A DNA stretch of 64,000 bases from NCBI GenBank assembly GCA_036867785.1, contig CP145426.1, positions 496,001 through 560,000 of the forward strand. Reading direction: 5' to 3'. The stretch's first letter is position 1, and the number at the start of each line of letters is the position of its first letter. The notes below the pieces were generated by a model. That model was not told the origin of the DNA, made no database searches, and saw only the letters and a list, made by a program, of their open reading frames with translations. This document shows positions 11,885 to 23,654 of this stretch, piece by piece. Made by a program: the position numbers and the translations under genes. The DNA comes from Plasmodiophora brassicae (Eukaryota).

Positions 11885-12886
11885 TCACAACGTGACACGA
11901 CCGTAAACGGGGTGATGATCGGACAGGTCTGCGTTCGTGATCGGATGCCTGGCCGTGTGCACACGAAGCGTAGTTGCGTTGGGCAGAGATGATTGCCCCC
12001 GAAGGCGCAGCGACAGGACATAATCCAAGTGTTCGTGCTTCGTGTCCCCAATGCGCGCCATGTAGGAATTCGTGTCCGGATCCATCGAGTGATCCGGCGT
12101 TGTGCGACGCTTTGTGAGCGTCATCGGGGCCGCTTGCAGCACGTGCACCATTTCGTTCCATTCCTCCGTTTCCTGGTCGCTGGCCGCCTCCGCATACCCG
12201 TTGACGTTCAAGTCGCCGGCCACGATCATCACATCCAAGCGGGCGTTCTCTTCCCGGTCGACGAACTGCCGAATCTGCCGAAGCTGATCCTGTCGTACCT
12301 CTCGAGCCGCTTCATATGCCGTATTAGAGAACGATACACACAGCGGATCGTTCGCCTGGAGGTGCGTCCCAATGATCCCCACCGATTTGCCGTCGATGCG
12401 GGTCTCGACGAAGATGATCCCCTTTGCTGCGAAACAGTCCAGCCCGCAGCACTTTTGGAATGTCAGCGATGATTCCCGAATCAGCATCGATCGTAACGCG
12501 ATCATAACGCCACCATTAATCAAGAACGGGTGGCGCGCAGGCTTCACAATGTGGTCGAAGCCCATGAGCGACAGGTCGTTGGCCAAGCGATTCACCGTCG
12601 ACTTGGCAAACGCCTCCTGCAGGACGTCGACCACGTCGAGTCGCGGCGATCGCATGACTTTGGCCGAGGCGATATGTTCAACGCGGTCGACGTTGGGGAC
12701 GTACATCACCCACTGGAGGGTCGATGGGAACGATTGCACGTTGTACGATACCAAGTTGACAACGCCGCGTTCGGGTGTCCGGTGACGTCCCCAGATCGCC
12801 TCGCGTGCCGGGTTCCAATGTGCCATATGAATGATCAGACAGGCCAATAGCGGGGCCCATTGGCGGAAACGGGTTGAGGAGTGCAT
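11885..12886 (-). CDS. Endonuclease/exonuclease/phosphatase-family enzyme, neutral sphingomyelinase C-like (intronless)
   Basis: Motifs LVSYNV, LQEAF, INGGVMI, CCGLDCFAAKG, IGTHLQA, VAGDLNV, LDYV, LSDHHPV; hydrophobic N-terminus. Confidence 0.85.
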   Translation of the reverse strand: MHSSTRFRQWAPLLACLIIHMAHWNPAREAIWGRHRTPERGVVNLVSYNVQSFPSTLQWVMYVPNVDRVEHIASAKVMRSPRLDVVDVLQEAFAKSTVNRLANDLSLMGFDHIVKPARHPFLINGGVMIALRSMLIRESSLTFQKCCGLDCFAAKGIIFVETRIDGKSVGIIGTHLQANDPLCVSFSNTAYEAAREVRQDQLRQIRQFVDREENARLDVMIVAGDLNVNGYAEAASDQETEEWNEMVHVLQAAPMTLTKRRTTPDHSMDPDTNSYMARIGDTKHEHLDYVLSLRLRGQSSLPNATTLRVHTARHPITNADLSDHHPVYGRVTL

Positions 12887-14511
12887 CGATCACCTCCCGC
12901 TCGGTACGCGACGCGCGAACGCTGACGTTGTCGACAATGCAGCCCAGCCGTGTGTCGTGGAGAGTCCTGTTGACCGCGTTGGCCGGGTCAGGTCGCAGTG
13001 CAGGGACACCGGAATTTGATTTGCCGCACTGCAAACTCCCTGGATGGGGTACTATGACATGCAGGGCTCGGATGTCGAAAATAGCTTTTCCGTTATATGA
13101 ACACATCGTCGGAGGAAGAGGTTGTGCCGAACGTTCGGCAGAGCGTCGACGAGGCATTGGCCCGCATGGGCTTGCAAACCTGGGGCGATTGAGCAATATC
13201 TGGGGCTCTTGATAAATAGAGACGCTTGCGTTTGCGATCCTCTTGCGCTGGGGCGCTTGAGGTCTATTCTGACAAACAATCTACAGAGGAAAGACGTTAT
13301 CCGGTAGCAAAATGGACACCTTCCCCGTACCCTTCCCCTTATGTACGGTCGGGGGCACTGCGACCCCGTCGGCGCAATCTACGGCAAGAGAGACGTCTTT
13401 CGGGGCGTCTGCAGTTGACGAGTTCGTTCTACCTACCGATCGTGCTGTTATCGACTTGCGTTCCAGGGTTCACTTTGCTTGTTGACGGCGTTCTAGGTCG
13501 GTGCTAACGAAGGTCGGCGGCGTCATGTTCGACTGGGCGCCGCTGGAGCCACAATATAAACGCACAGCCTATTTGACATGGACCTGTTCGTCCGCGAAAT
13601 TGCCACACTCGAGTACCGGGCCAGCAGCTTGAAACTTCCGTACTCGCCACCTCCACGTAGCGGGGCCGGCATCCAGCACCAATGACAGTCTATCCGCTCC
13701 ACAGATCAATACGCATGGTCGAAAGAGGAGCGCCTGGCCCTGTAGTACTGCAGAGCGCGGTCGCCAAGCGCATGCACCCCGTGGTCGTTGCCTTGGTCAG
13801 TACAGCACGACGGTCACGCGACCATACCGTATCCGTCAGATGTGCAGATGTCAGGTGCTTGAAACGTCGTTGCGCTCCATCAGGCTCGTTCAGCTTCTGC
13901 AATGCTCATCATCATATCCTGCTCGTCCGGGCCGCGGAAGAACGCGTCTCTGCCGGACGCGACATCGTAAGATCGCCCGCATCAGCGATGAGCTGAGCGC
14001 CGGCCTTGATCGGCCTCCGCCACAACAGGTTCCCGGGAGGCGACTTCTGCGAGAACCTGCTCCCGCTGCTGCCAGAGCGTGGTGTTCAGCTCGGCGCGGT
14101 GCGCCTGCAGCCGGGTGCTTCCACCACCATCGCAGGTTGATGCATATTATGGTCGCGGCGCCGTGCGCATCTGGGGTGTCGGGTGCGTCTGGGGTCTGTT
14201 GTTGTTCCTGCCGTTGGGCAAACCGTCACGAACGAACACGACGAGTTGATCACCGACTGACGTCGGTCTCCCCAGCGACGACACCCGGCTTGGACACGAC
14301 GATTGCCTGCGCTGACACCAGATTCAGGTACGGCTCGTCGCAACGTTCCCAACGCACCAGTCTCCTCCCGTGTCGTGTCACGGTGCGCCCTGTTGTGGCG
14401 TGCCCCGCAGACGTGTCACTACTGTCCTCCGATTTGCACGCCCTAATAATGCCCTAATTGGCAGGTGCTGTGCGCCAGGCATCCACACGGCACACATGCA
14501 CAGCGGCGGCG

Positions 14512-14778
14512 TCATCCGGATCTGGTTGCGTTGTATTCCTCGAGTTCTTGCCAGTAGACGGTCCAGACGCAGTTCGCGCAGTTGCAGCCGCAGCAGCTCT
14601 CCGGCGACGGCTCCTTCGGCGGGTACAACGGGCAGAACGCGCGACACGCCCGCCGCGGCTCCACCGCGTCGTCGCCGGTGCGCCGCTCGCTCAACCGACG
14701 CTCCAGGTCGGCGAACGCCTTCATCCCGGCGCTGTCCCTCGTACTGAGCCACCTGCGCCACGCTCGCCGGATCGCCAT
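14512..14778 (-). CDS. OXLD1: Oxidoreductase-like domain protein (Oxidored-like), probably mitochondrial
   Basis: PPKEPSPESCCGCNCANCVWTVYWQELEEY motif; Arg-rich N-terminus MAIRRAWRRWLS. Confidence 0.75.
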   Translation of the reverse strand: MAIRRAWRRWLSTRDSAGMKAFADLERRLSERRTGDDAVEPRRACRAFCPLYPPKEPSPESCCGCNCANCVWTVYWQELEEYNATRSG

Positions 14779-14929
14779 CGACGGCCACAGCGCCGCAACA
14801 CAAAAATCGGTCGCGACGTCGCCCACATTCCACAGCAGCACATTTTTCAGTGCGGGAAGGTGTGCCGGGCGCGGAATCACAATCGGCAGCTGCATCCGTT
14901 GTCCCGTCATTTTGGTTATTGTTCCGGGG

Positions 14930-16840
14930 ATGACGTTGCCGAAGGAACGGCTGGAGTCGTTCCTGTGCCCGATCACGTTGGAGGTGATGGTCGACCCGGT
15001 CGTGGCGGCGGACGGGCACTCGTACGAGCGCAAGGCGATCTCGAGGTGGATCCGTGGGCGGGGACGGGCGACGAGCCCGGTGACGAATCTGCCGCTGCGG
15101 TCGCGGGACCTGCGACCCAACTACGCCCTGAAGCAGGCGATACACGAGTTCACGGCGATGCACGCCGCGCAGCACCCGCGTCCGATATTTCGTGCGAAGC
15201 GGAGGACTCGGAAACGGATTCGAGGCAAACCCAAATCCGAGACGACGTCCCAGATCACTCTTGAACAAATGTTCGGGGAATTCTCGGAGACCCTCTTCAC
15301 ATCGCCACCAGGCTCGTTGCCGTCGTTTCCGAATCCGTCTCCAGTTTCCCCGCCCTTTTCAGCAGGCCTGAACAGTGGTACGTCGCCATTGCCATCGACG
15401 CCATCAGCACGACAACCATCGAACCAGTCGCAATTTGCGACTGCCTCCTCGACTGCTTCCCGTTGCGAGGCTTTAGTGTCCGGATCGCCTGGTCCGTTGG
15501 TGCCTCCAACCCAGGAGCCGTTTCAGTTTTCGTTTGGGTCGTCGTCCTCGTCATTCCAGACTGCGTCTCAAAATGGTGACCGCTCTAAATCGCAGACGAA
15601 ATCGGCCCCTTCGTTGCCATCAGACCAGCAGGCTTGTTCGTTTTCGTCTGGGCTCCCAGGCCAGATGCCATGTAATGCCTTTGCAATGCCTGATTTGCGT
15701 GCACCTCCAGTAAGCTCGTTACCGTTCGACTGCGGGTCACTATCGATCGGACAACCGAAGGGCGGTACTACCGCTTCGTTCTCGCTTGGGTCGCCGTCAT
15801 CCAGCCAGCCATTTTCTTTGTCGAATGGCACAACATCATCGCCGTTTGCCCCTTCGTTCTCCGGCAAGTCGTCAGCTGATCCGGTGTCGACTGTCGAATC
15901 GTCGTCGGCTCAGAAGATTGCACCATCCAATGCCTCGATTGCGCCCGGAACGTTCTCGACGCTGTCAAGTGCGCATTTGGCGTCCGTCCTATCACAGCCT
16001 CGCATTGCAAACGGTTCGCCACTGTTTTTCTCGTCACCAACGAACAAAGCTTCTTCAGAGCCAGCTCCGTCGTTCGCGCCGGAACCATTCCCATTTGCTC
16101 CGTTGTTCACGATTGGGTCGTCGTCGACCCGCCCGAAGGCAAGCACAGGTTCAGTTGCTCTCGGACATTCGGCATCGTCGCCGAGCGCACCAAGCGGCAT
16201 CTCGTTCGACAGATCATTGACGAATCGGTCGACAGCGGGTGCAGCAATCCCATCGACGACCAGTACGAACTTCGCGTTTGGTTCATCAGGTTCAAACCAA
16301 TCGGATGCGACGCCAGTTTTGTTTGGAACGTTGTCATCAACCGAAGCACCGGCCGACAAGCCACCGTCTGTCATCGATGCACTTCCATTTCAGCAAGCAG
16401 GTTTCAGAGGGCTCTTTCCATCATCATCATCATTGTCGACGAGCAACACTGTCCCGGTCACGTTCGGGGTCACTGACTCGCAACCTGCAAGCGGGACGTC
16501 GGTCTCCTTCACTTCAGCACAGGCAACGTTCTCTTTCGGAGCGCCGTTGAACGAACCCGCGTTGTCTACCGGTCGCGACAACGTCCTGTTCACATCCGGG
16601 ACGTCGTCAGCAAGGTTCCCTGGTCACCAAGTTACAGGCGAGTCTCTGTTCACCGTCGGGCCAGCACTGACAACGTCCTCTCTCGGGCCGGCGTCGTCGA
16701 ACGATCTGGCGCCATCTGCCGCCCGCAACGGTCTCCCGTATGCGTTTTCGTTTGGGCCGCGGACCAGTGACGGGTTCGAGCAGTCGCTTGACACGTCGTC
16801 GTCGTCGCCGTCCAACCGTAAGAGGCCTCAGAACACGTAA
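14930..16840 (+). CDS. U-box E3 ligase domain fused to a long S/P/F-rich FG-like disordered region (intronless)
   Basis: FLCPITLEVMVDPVVAADGHSYERKAISRWI..TSPVTNLPL...LRPNYALKQAI, then basic RAKRRTRKRIRGK, then FSFG/FAFG/FTIG/FSLG motifs. Confidence 0.85.
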   Translation: MTLPKERLESFLCPITLEVMVDPVVAADGHSYERKAISRWIRGRGRATSPVTNLPLRSRDLRPNYALKQAIHEFTAMHAAQHPRPIFRAKRRTRKRIRGKPKSETTSQITLEQMFGEFSETLFTSPPGSLPSFPNPSPVSPPFSAGLNSGTSPLPSTPSARQPSNQSQFATASSTASRCEALVSGSPGPLVPPTQEPFQFSFGSSSSSFQTASQNGDRSKSQTKSAPSLPSDQQACSFSSGLPGQMPCNAFAMPDLRAPPVSSLPFDCGSLSIGQPKGGTTASFSLGSPSSSQPFSLSNGTTSSPFAPSFSGKSSADPVSTVESSSAQKIAPSNASIAPGTFSTLSSAHLASVLSQPRIANGSPLFFSSPTNKASSEPAPSFAPEPFPFAPLFTIGSSSTRPKASTGSVALGHSASSPSAPSGISFDRSLTNRSTAGAAIPSTTSTNFAFGSSGSNQSDATPVLFGTLSSTEAPADKPPSVIDALPFQQAGFRGLFPSSSSLSTSNTVPVTFGVTDSQPASGTSVSFTSAQATFSFGAPLNEPALSTGRDNVLFTSGTSSARFPGHQVTGESLFTVGPALTTSSLGPASSNDLAPSAARNGLPYAFSFGPRTSDGFEQSLDTSSSSPSNRKRPQNT

Positions 16841-17293
16841 AGCACCGAAAGTATGATTGGGTTTAGTAACGTGCGTCACCAGGCGCAATCAGCCATCGCC
16901 CAGTGCCCACCTGCGTACCGACCGTCACCGTCCCACTCCTGGGTCTTCCCTTCCCGATAGTAGTCCCAGGGCATTAAGCGCATAGGTGTGCTCTAAGTGA
17001 GCCCAAGGGGCCCGCCTGGCCTATCGCGGCGGCCCCTGTCATCGTATATGCAGTGACAGCCGGTGGCGACTTCATCGGCATCGCGATCCGACCGCCACTC
17101 CATCCGATTCAGGAGCCTGCTGATTCTCATGTTACCGACCTGGCCATGCCCGCATTTCACCATCGCGAATTCCATTGTCGTGTCTGCGACGCGCTATGTG
17201 GCCTTCAAATCTCGGCCGACACCATTGGCATCTTCGCGATCACCTGCCGGATGACTCGACTAGCTCACCTGGTCGGAACGTCGATCACCATTG

Positions 17294-18163
17294 ATGGCCG
17301 CCCCGCGTCGCACCCTCTGGCGCTTGCTTAAATGCATCGCCCTATTCGCCACCATCACGTTCCTGTTGCTGGCCGTCCTGCATGTCACCGTTCAGGTGTC
17401 TTTGTCGTGCAACTTAGACTACGCCGGCATCGTCATTTTCGTTTCGTTTACCTATCTCTGTTTGAGATCGCCCCTGTTCTACGTGCAGAACCGTTACGAC
17501 CAGTTTCCGTGCGACGCGAGCCGGACGCGTTCGGTGAGCTCATCGGGCACCGTCGCCAATGCGGTCGGCGCGAACGTTATCACGCAGGGATTGGCTCCAT
17601 TGGCCGTGAACGTGACCAGCAGGTGGTTGTCCACCCTCGAGACGCTGTCATTTCACGCTGTCGGCAACGTTGACAGAACTTGCTCTACTGGGAGCAGGCC
17701 ACATCAGCGTTGGACGTGCCCGACGAAACAATCGACGTGTTGTTCAACGACGATATCCGTCGGCTCATTCAGATCGAGGTCAACGTCGCGTTCAATCTTA
17801 AGGTTGACCCTATGTACCGTGTGGTGGGACCTGTCTAACGAAACCGCCCAGCAGGAGCCGTTAGCATTGCAACGAGACGCCCGGGAACTTCAGGTCGCCG
17901 TACTGTGGTCGTTGGTCAACTGACGGCAACGGCGTCCAGCAAACGTTTGCTGCTTCGTCAACTGAGACCAGGTCCGCATCACTGCTCGGCGTGCATCCGT
18001 CCCTTCTGATTCGTGACGTGTCCAGCATGATGACGGCGGATGTGTCCCTGCGCTCCATGACAACGCCCATGTTCAACGAGCTCTTGAATTGCGTGCATGG
18101 CCGACGAACAGTAATCTCAGGTCAGCGTCGGCCGCAACAGGCAATAATTATATGGATGATTTA
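17294..18163 (+). CDS. Hypothetical membrane-anchored or secreted protein, multi-exon (bounds approximate)
   Basis: N-terminal hydrophobic stretch CIALFATITFLLLAVLHV and GT..AG-bounded segments; no recognisable domain. Confidence 0.35.
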
Positions 18164-18180
18164 GAACGACTGAATACAGT

Positions 18181-19477
18181 TCAAGACACATCGTCATCAT
18201 CGTCGTCATCGTGTTCTTCGTCTGCCGGTATCGGCGGGTCGTAGACGACGGCGCCGACCTGCAGCGATTTCGGACGATTTAGGGCGTGCTCCTCAACGAG
18301 TCGGAACGACCCATCAACGTTGACGACGAATTCCAACAGGATCACGTCGTCGTCGCCGTCGGTGATGATGAGCAAGCGCTGGTCAACCCATCGCCCAATG
18401 CATCGCGTTCTTCTCCGGTTCCTCTGACCGGCTAGGCGAACCTACGTTTGGCATCAGCAATGGGGCACCCAACAGTCAGACTCTGCGACAACCTGGAACC
18501 CAGATCTCGACATCACTGACGACAGTATGCTGCCCGATGACGACGACTTAACCTATGTGGAACGTTAGGCACGACGGCGTCTGACCATAACGAACGTCGC
18601 GTTACGAGAGTTTCAGGCGCGAGGACGTACACGTGGACGGTGTCGGTATCAGATGTTGACGACAGGAAGTGACCGGCGGCGTCGAACGCCAGTGAGGACA
18701 CGCGAGCGGACGTAATTCCTCTGCGGAACTCGTGCAAGATCTCGCCGGTGCCAACGTTCCATACGCGAATAACCGTGCCACGAAGCGACGCCGTTGCAAC
18801 GAGCGTCCCGGGCGCGTTGAACGCCACGGCGGCCAAGGCTGTGCCATGCGCATGGATCAGCGTGTGCACGCGCACCAGGTCCAGGTCGAGCAGCGCCAGG
18901 CTCGACTCGTGCGTCGAGATCGCCAGCATCCGTCGGACAGCATTAACGGCACTCGTCCCCGTTGCATTCATCGGCGTCGTCTGCGATTGCATCGACTGCA
19001 GCGTCGACAGGTCGAACACGTGGAACGACGTCTCCAGGACAGCCACCAGCCTGCGATACGTCATCAGCGAGGGATGCTGCTGTTGACGTGCCCGTGGGAA
19101 TGGCAACCGTGTTGGCAACAGGTGAACAGCGACAACGGACGATCGGAAATCGAAGTCGGCGACGGCATCGCCGGTCTGCGCGTTGACGAGCCGCAACCGT
19201 CTGGGGGAGAACGCGGGGTCCTCCGCAGTGCCCACCAGGGCGACTGTAGAACATCAGCGACTGGCGGCAACATCGGTTGATATGCCCTGCCCGTCTATGT
19301 ACCGAGGGGCGTGTCCTCCAGCTGGGCCATGCGGCATGCGCCCGTGCCGGATCGGTCGACGAGCACGCCGAACGGACGGATCTGGTAGATGGAAAACGAG
19401 CGCGCGCGCCCGACCAGCACCGCCGTCGACGCCGCATTGAAATCGGCGCAGAGCAGAGCGTCGCCGCCGGTGGCCAT
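18181..19477 (-). CDS. ATG18: PROPPIN / WIPI autophagy WD40 protein, multi-exon
   Basis: SPRRLRLVN, IHAHGTALAAVAFNAPGTLVATASLRGTVIRVW and the lipid-binding EFRRG motif, then TDTVHVY. Confidence 0.9.
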
Positions 19478-19620
19478 CAGCGGCGGAGAGTGCCGAAGAT
19501 GGCCTCAGTGGCGGGGGCGCCCCCCCGGACTCCGTGGCGGACTTGGGGCGGGGCGACGTGCCACTTGGCGGCACGTGGGCCGTGGCGTGCTTCGGCTGTT
19601 CATTTCGGCGGCAAACGACA

Positions 19621-22282
19621 ATGGGTGCCTCGCAGTCCACCGATGCGTTCGACTACGAGAAGCAGCTGGAGTCCGACACGACGCCGCAGTCGACGGCCGT
19701 CGGGCACGCGCGCCCCGACACCGACCCGAAGGTCTGTTCCCCGCCGCGTCGTCGTCGTGTCGTCCCCGCCCCGTTCTGATCGGCCCGCCCCGCAGGAGTA
19801 CACCGAAATGCGACGTTTCCTGAAGTACGAGAAGGCCAACATGAAGTACGTCAACGAGGGCACGCCGGACGAAATCCGGTCGCTGTGGCAAGCGCTGGCG
19901 TACGTTCGGGATATCGCGCCGTTGTTGCGTTTACTCGCCAGACGTGCTGACTTGCGCCCCAGGAAAACCGCTGCACGAGTCCCGTCGAACCCTGCGTTCG
20001 GGACGCGCGTCTTTGACGACATCTCGAATGGGGATTTCAAATGGCAGACGTACCAGGAAGCGCTCGACCAGGTACGGGAGCGGTCCTTACCACAAACACG
20101 CGCAACGCGCTGAGTCGCTGTAGTCGGTGGCTGTCGGCCGGGGCCTCGTGTCTCGCGGTCTCGTTGCGGGCAATAACGTGGGCCTGTTTGCCGCCAACCG
20201 TGCCGAGTGGATGATAACGGCATTCGGGGTATGGTCACAGCGCATGCGCGTTGTCCCGATCTGTGAGCACTTCGCGTCTCATTGCTTGCGTTCACATTCT
20301 CATGAAGGAATCATGCAGACTCCACGCTCGGGCCGAACGCCGTCGAATACATCGTCAACCATGCCGAGCTGACCATCATCTTCGTCAGCAAGGACAACAT
20401 CAACGAGGTTCTGTCCATCGTCGACAAGACGCAGGTTGGTTTCTCTTTCGCAGCAGCGTGTTGTGCAACGGTCGCTGACCTACCGATTGCCGCTCGCAGA
20501 TCAAGCTGTTGGTCCAGTTCGACGTCAACGAGTCAGCGTACGGCAACGCTCGCGATTCTATCGACGAAGCGCATCGGGCAAAGGCGGAGAAGGCTGGCGT
20601 CAACTTGATCGGGTTGTCGGATTTGATCGCGGAAGGTGATTTGCTTCAAAACGGTCATCCGGTCTGTTTCGGCGTTTGACGCCAATAATGATAGGCCAGA
20701 GACGTACCGACGTGGACGTTGTCGAACCGTCCGATGACGATCTTGCGTACCTGATGTACACGTCGGGAACGACCGGGCAGCCGAAGGGCGCAATGGTTTC
20801 GCATGGCAATGTCGTCGCCGCCGTTGCCGGCGTTGAGAACTCGGTCAACGTCCTTCCGACGGATAGCTACCTGTCGTTCCTCCCGTTGGCACACATCTTT
20901 GAGACGTGCGTTGAGGTACGCGCACGCGAGCGCCGGCAATGGGGTAGCGCGCCGCTGAGTGTTGCCACCAGGTGGCTATCATTGTTCGAGGTGGGAAGAT
21001 CGGATTCTGGCAAGGGAACATCAAGAAGCTGACCGAGGACCTGGGCGCCCTGCGTCCGACCGTCATGGCCGCTGTCCCGCGCGTCTTCCAGCGCATCTAC
21101 CAGACGGTGTTCAGCACGGTCAACAGTGCCGCCTGTCTGAAGCGGACGCTGTTCCTGCGCGCCTACGCCAGGCAGACCGAGGCGGTCCGTTCGGGAGCGG
21201 GGCGCTCCTCGATCTACGACTCGCTCGTGTTCTCGCCCGTTGCCGCCAAAGTCGGCCTTGGCAACATCCGCGCCATTGTGTCGGGTGGCGCGCCCCTCCC
21301 GCCCTACTTGTTCGAGTTCATGAAAGTCATCTTCAACTGCATCGTCGTCCAGGTACGCTTGGTCGACGGGTGCTGGGTCTCTTTCTCTCCCGTCTGAATC
21401 GCTGCAATAGGGATACGGCCTGACGGAGACGTCGGCTGGTCTCACGATTACGCTGGGGACGGACCGCAACGCCGGCCACGTTGGTCCACCTGTCGCCTGT
21501 GTCGACGTCCGTCTTCGGTCGATCCCCGAGATGGGCTACAAGGTCACCGACGCGCGTCCTCGCGGTGAGATCATGGTCCGCGGCCCGAACGTGTTCCAAG
21601 GTCAGTGTCCGCGTCAGGGACATTGGGTGCGACGCGACTCACATCTCGTCCAGGATACTTCAAGAACGAGCAAGCCACGAAGGAGTCGTTTGACGAGGAC
21701 GGGTTCTACTGCACGGGCGATGTCGGCAGGTGGAACCCGAACGGGACGCTGTCCGTCATCGACCGCAAGAAGAACATCTTCAAGCTGTCGCAGGGGGAGT
21801 ACGTCGCGTCGGAGCACATCGAAGCCGTCTACGGCAAGTCCCCGCTCGTCGGCCAGCTCTGGATCTACGGCAACAGCTTCAAGTCGTTCGTTGTCGCTGT
21901 CGTCGTCCCGAACGGCGAGCGGTTCATCGAGATCGGCACCGAGCGAGGGTGGTACAAGGGACCGGCGTTCGGCCGCGAGGGCTTCCCGGAAGCGTTCGCC
22001 GACATGTGGGCCTCGCACCACGACGACCTGAAGAAGGTCCTGGTCGGGTCGCTCAACGACCACGCCTCGGCGCTGAAAGGGTTCGAGAAGGCGCGCGACG
22101 TCCACGTCGAGTACAACGTCAACCGCACCGGGTTCGGGTTCACCGAGGAGAACGAATGCATGACGCCGACGTTCAAGCTGCGGCCCCCCTTCCTCCTGAA
22201 GCGGTACCGGAACGAGCTGCGCGAACTGTACGCCAAGAACGGTGAACCGCCGGCCGCCGACGAGAAGTGGCCCGGCGAGTAA
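19621..22282 (+). CDS. ACSL: Long-chain acyl-CoA synthetase, multi-exon
   Basis: MGASQS start (possible myristoylation), [14 protein letters not shown]-binding motif, [60 protein letters not shown]. Confidence 0.93.
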
Positions 22283-23654
22283 TCGGTTCTCGCAACGTCC
22301 CCTGTTATAGTAAACTCGATAGTGCCGCCCAGCCACTGGACGTCCACAGACGCGTTCGGGCAGCAGCAGCACCACCCTGACCCGTCATCACTTGCCGAAG
22401 GAATGTCGTGACCGTCACCGGGACGTGGTGCGTGTTATTATTATATAGCTATGGCAGGTTAGGCAGGGTACTGTACAAGAAGACGGGCGCCCCCGTCGCG
22501 ATCGTCGATTGTTCGTTCTAGTTGTCGCGTTTGCCGGGCATCTCGTTCTGCGCGCCGGTAGGCGGACGTCAGAGCGGAGCGTACGGCGTTCCCCCGGTCG
22601 TACGTACCTGTCGGTCATCGTCGATCTCGAGTATGGGTTCGAGGGTGGGCGGCGGCCGCGTGGGCGTGACGCCGCCGGGCGTCGTCGGCGACTTGGGCAC
22701 ATGATACGACATCGTGGGCGACCTGGGCGCCGGCGACGGCCAGCATTCGTCATAGGGGCGATGCCGCCCGGCGACCTGACTCATGGCGGCACGTCGCAAC
22801 GAGCGCGCGGCGCACGTCGCGACACGAAAGCACGGGGGACGGACGACGGGTCGCCGCTTGTGACCCCCAAAAATCTCAGACCCGGGCCACACACCCACGA
22901 CGTCATAGCGTTACGTACCGTACGACGTGCGCGCGAGGTCCGGCCCGGGCGACGCGGCCCGATGCGTTTTGCGCCGCGAACCCAAATATCTCCACCCGCA
23001 CAGTGTGTGTTACACGCGGCTTCGGCCTGCCGAGAAAGGGCGGGGTGGATTTTGCGGCCCACCTCGAACCACCTGGCAACGCGCCGTCTGTCAACATCAT
23101 CGCACCCGAGGTCAAGACGAGGTGACGGTTCCATCCACTGTTCGTATTGCTGGGAACCGGTGAATACACTTGCAGACGACACCCAGTGTTATCCTATTAA
23201 ATGCGAAAGGCTGACTTCCTGGCACTGATTTGATCTATGAACATGCAGGATGACGCCAGCGCCCTGTCGGCCTTGGCTGTAGGCGATCGTCGATGGGTGA
23301 CTGCGCATAGACCACAGGCGCACTGATGATTACAATGTCGATGAGCAGCGCAGCACAATGGCCAGATGTGTGGATGGAGATATGCGGGACCCTGGAGTCA
23401 AACGGTTACCCTCGGGATTCCTTCTTTCGCACGATAAATCAAGTTAAACATGGGGCCGTCACGCCCCTGTTATAATGGCAGGTTTCGCCCGAATACAGGT
23501 GGCCCCACTGCATTACTAGTTTGCATACAAGGTACGCGGAATTGATCCCTGCCTACGCATGCACCCATGGGTCCAGCTTAATGCCAGTATCAAGACGTCG
23601 GCTGGATCGTCGTGCCTAGACGTAGGGGGGCGTAGATAGGTTACCATAGCCAGC

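Noticed and set aside
13000-14460. Several short ORFs
   Set aside because: No domain signal; such ORFs are expected by chance at this GC content.
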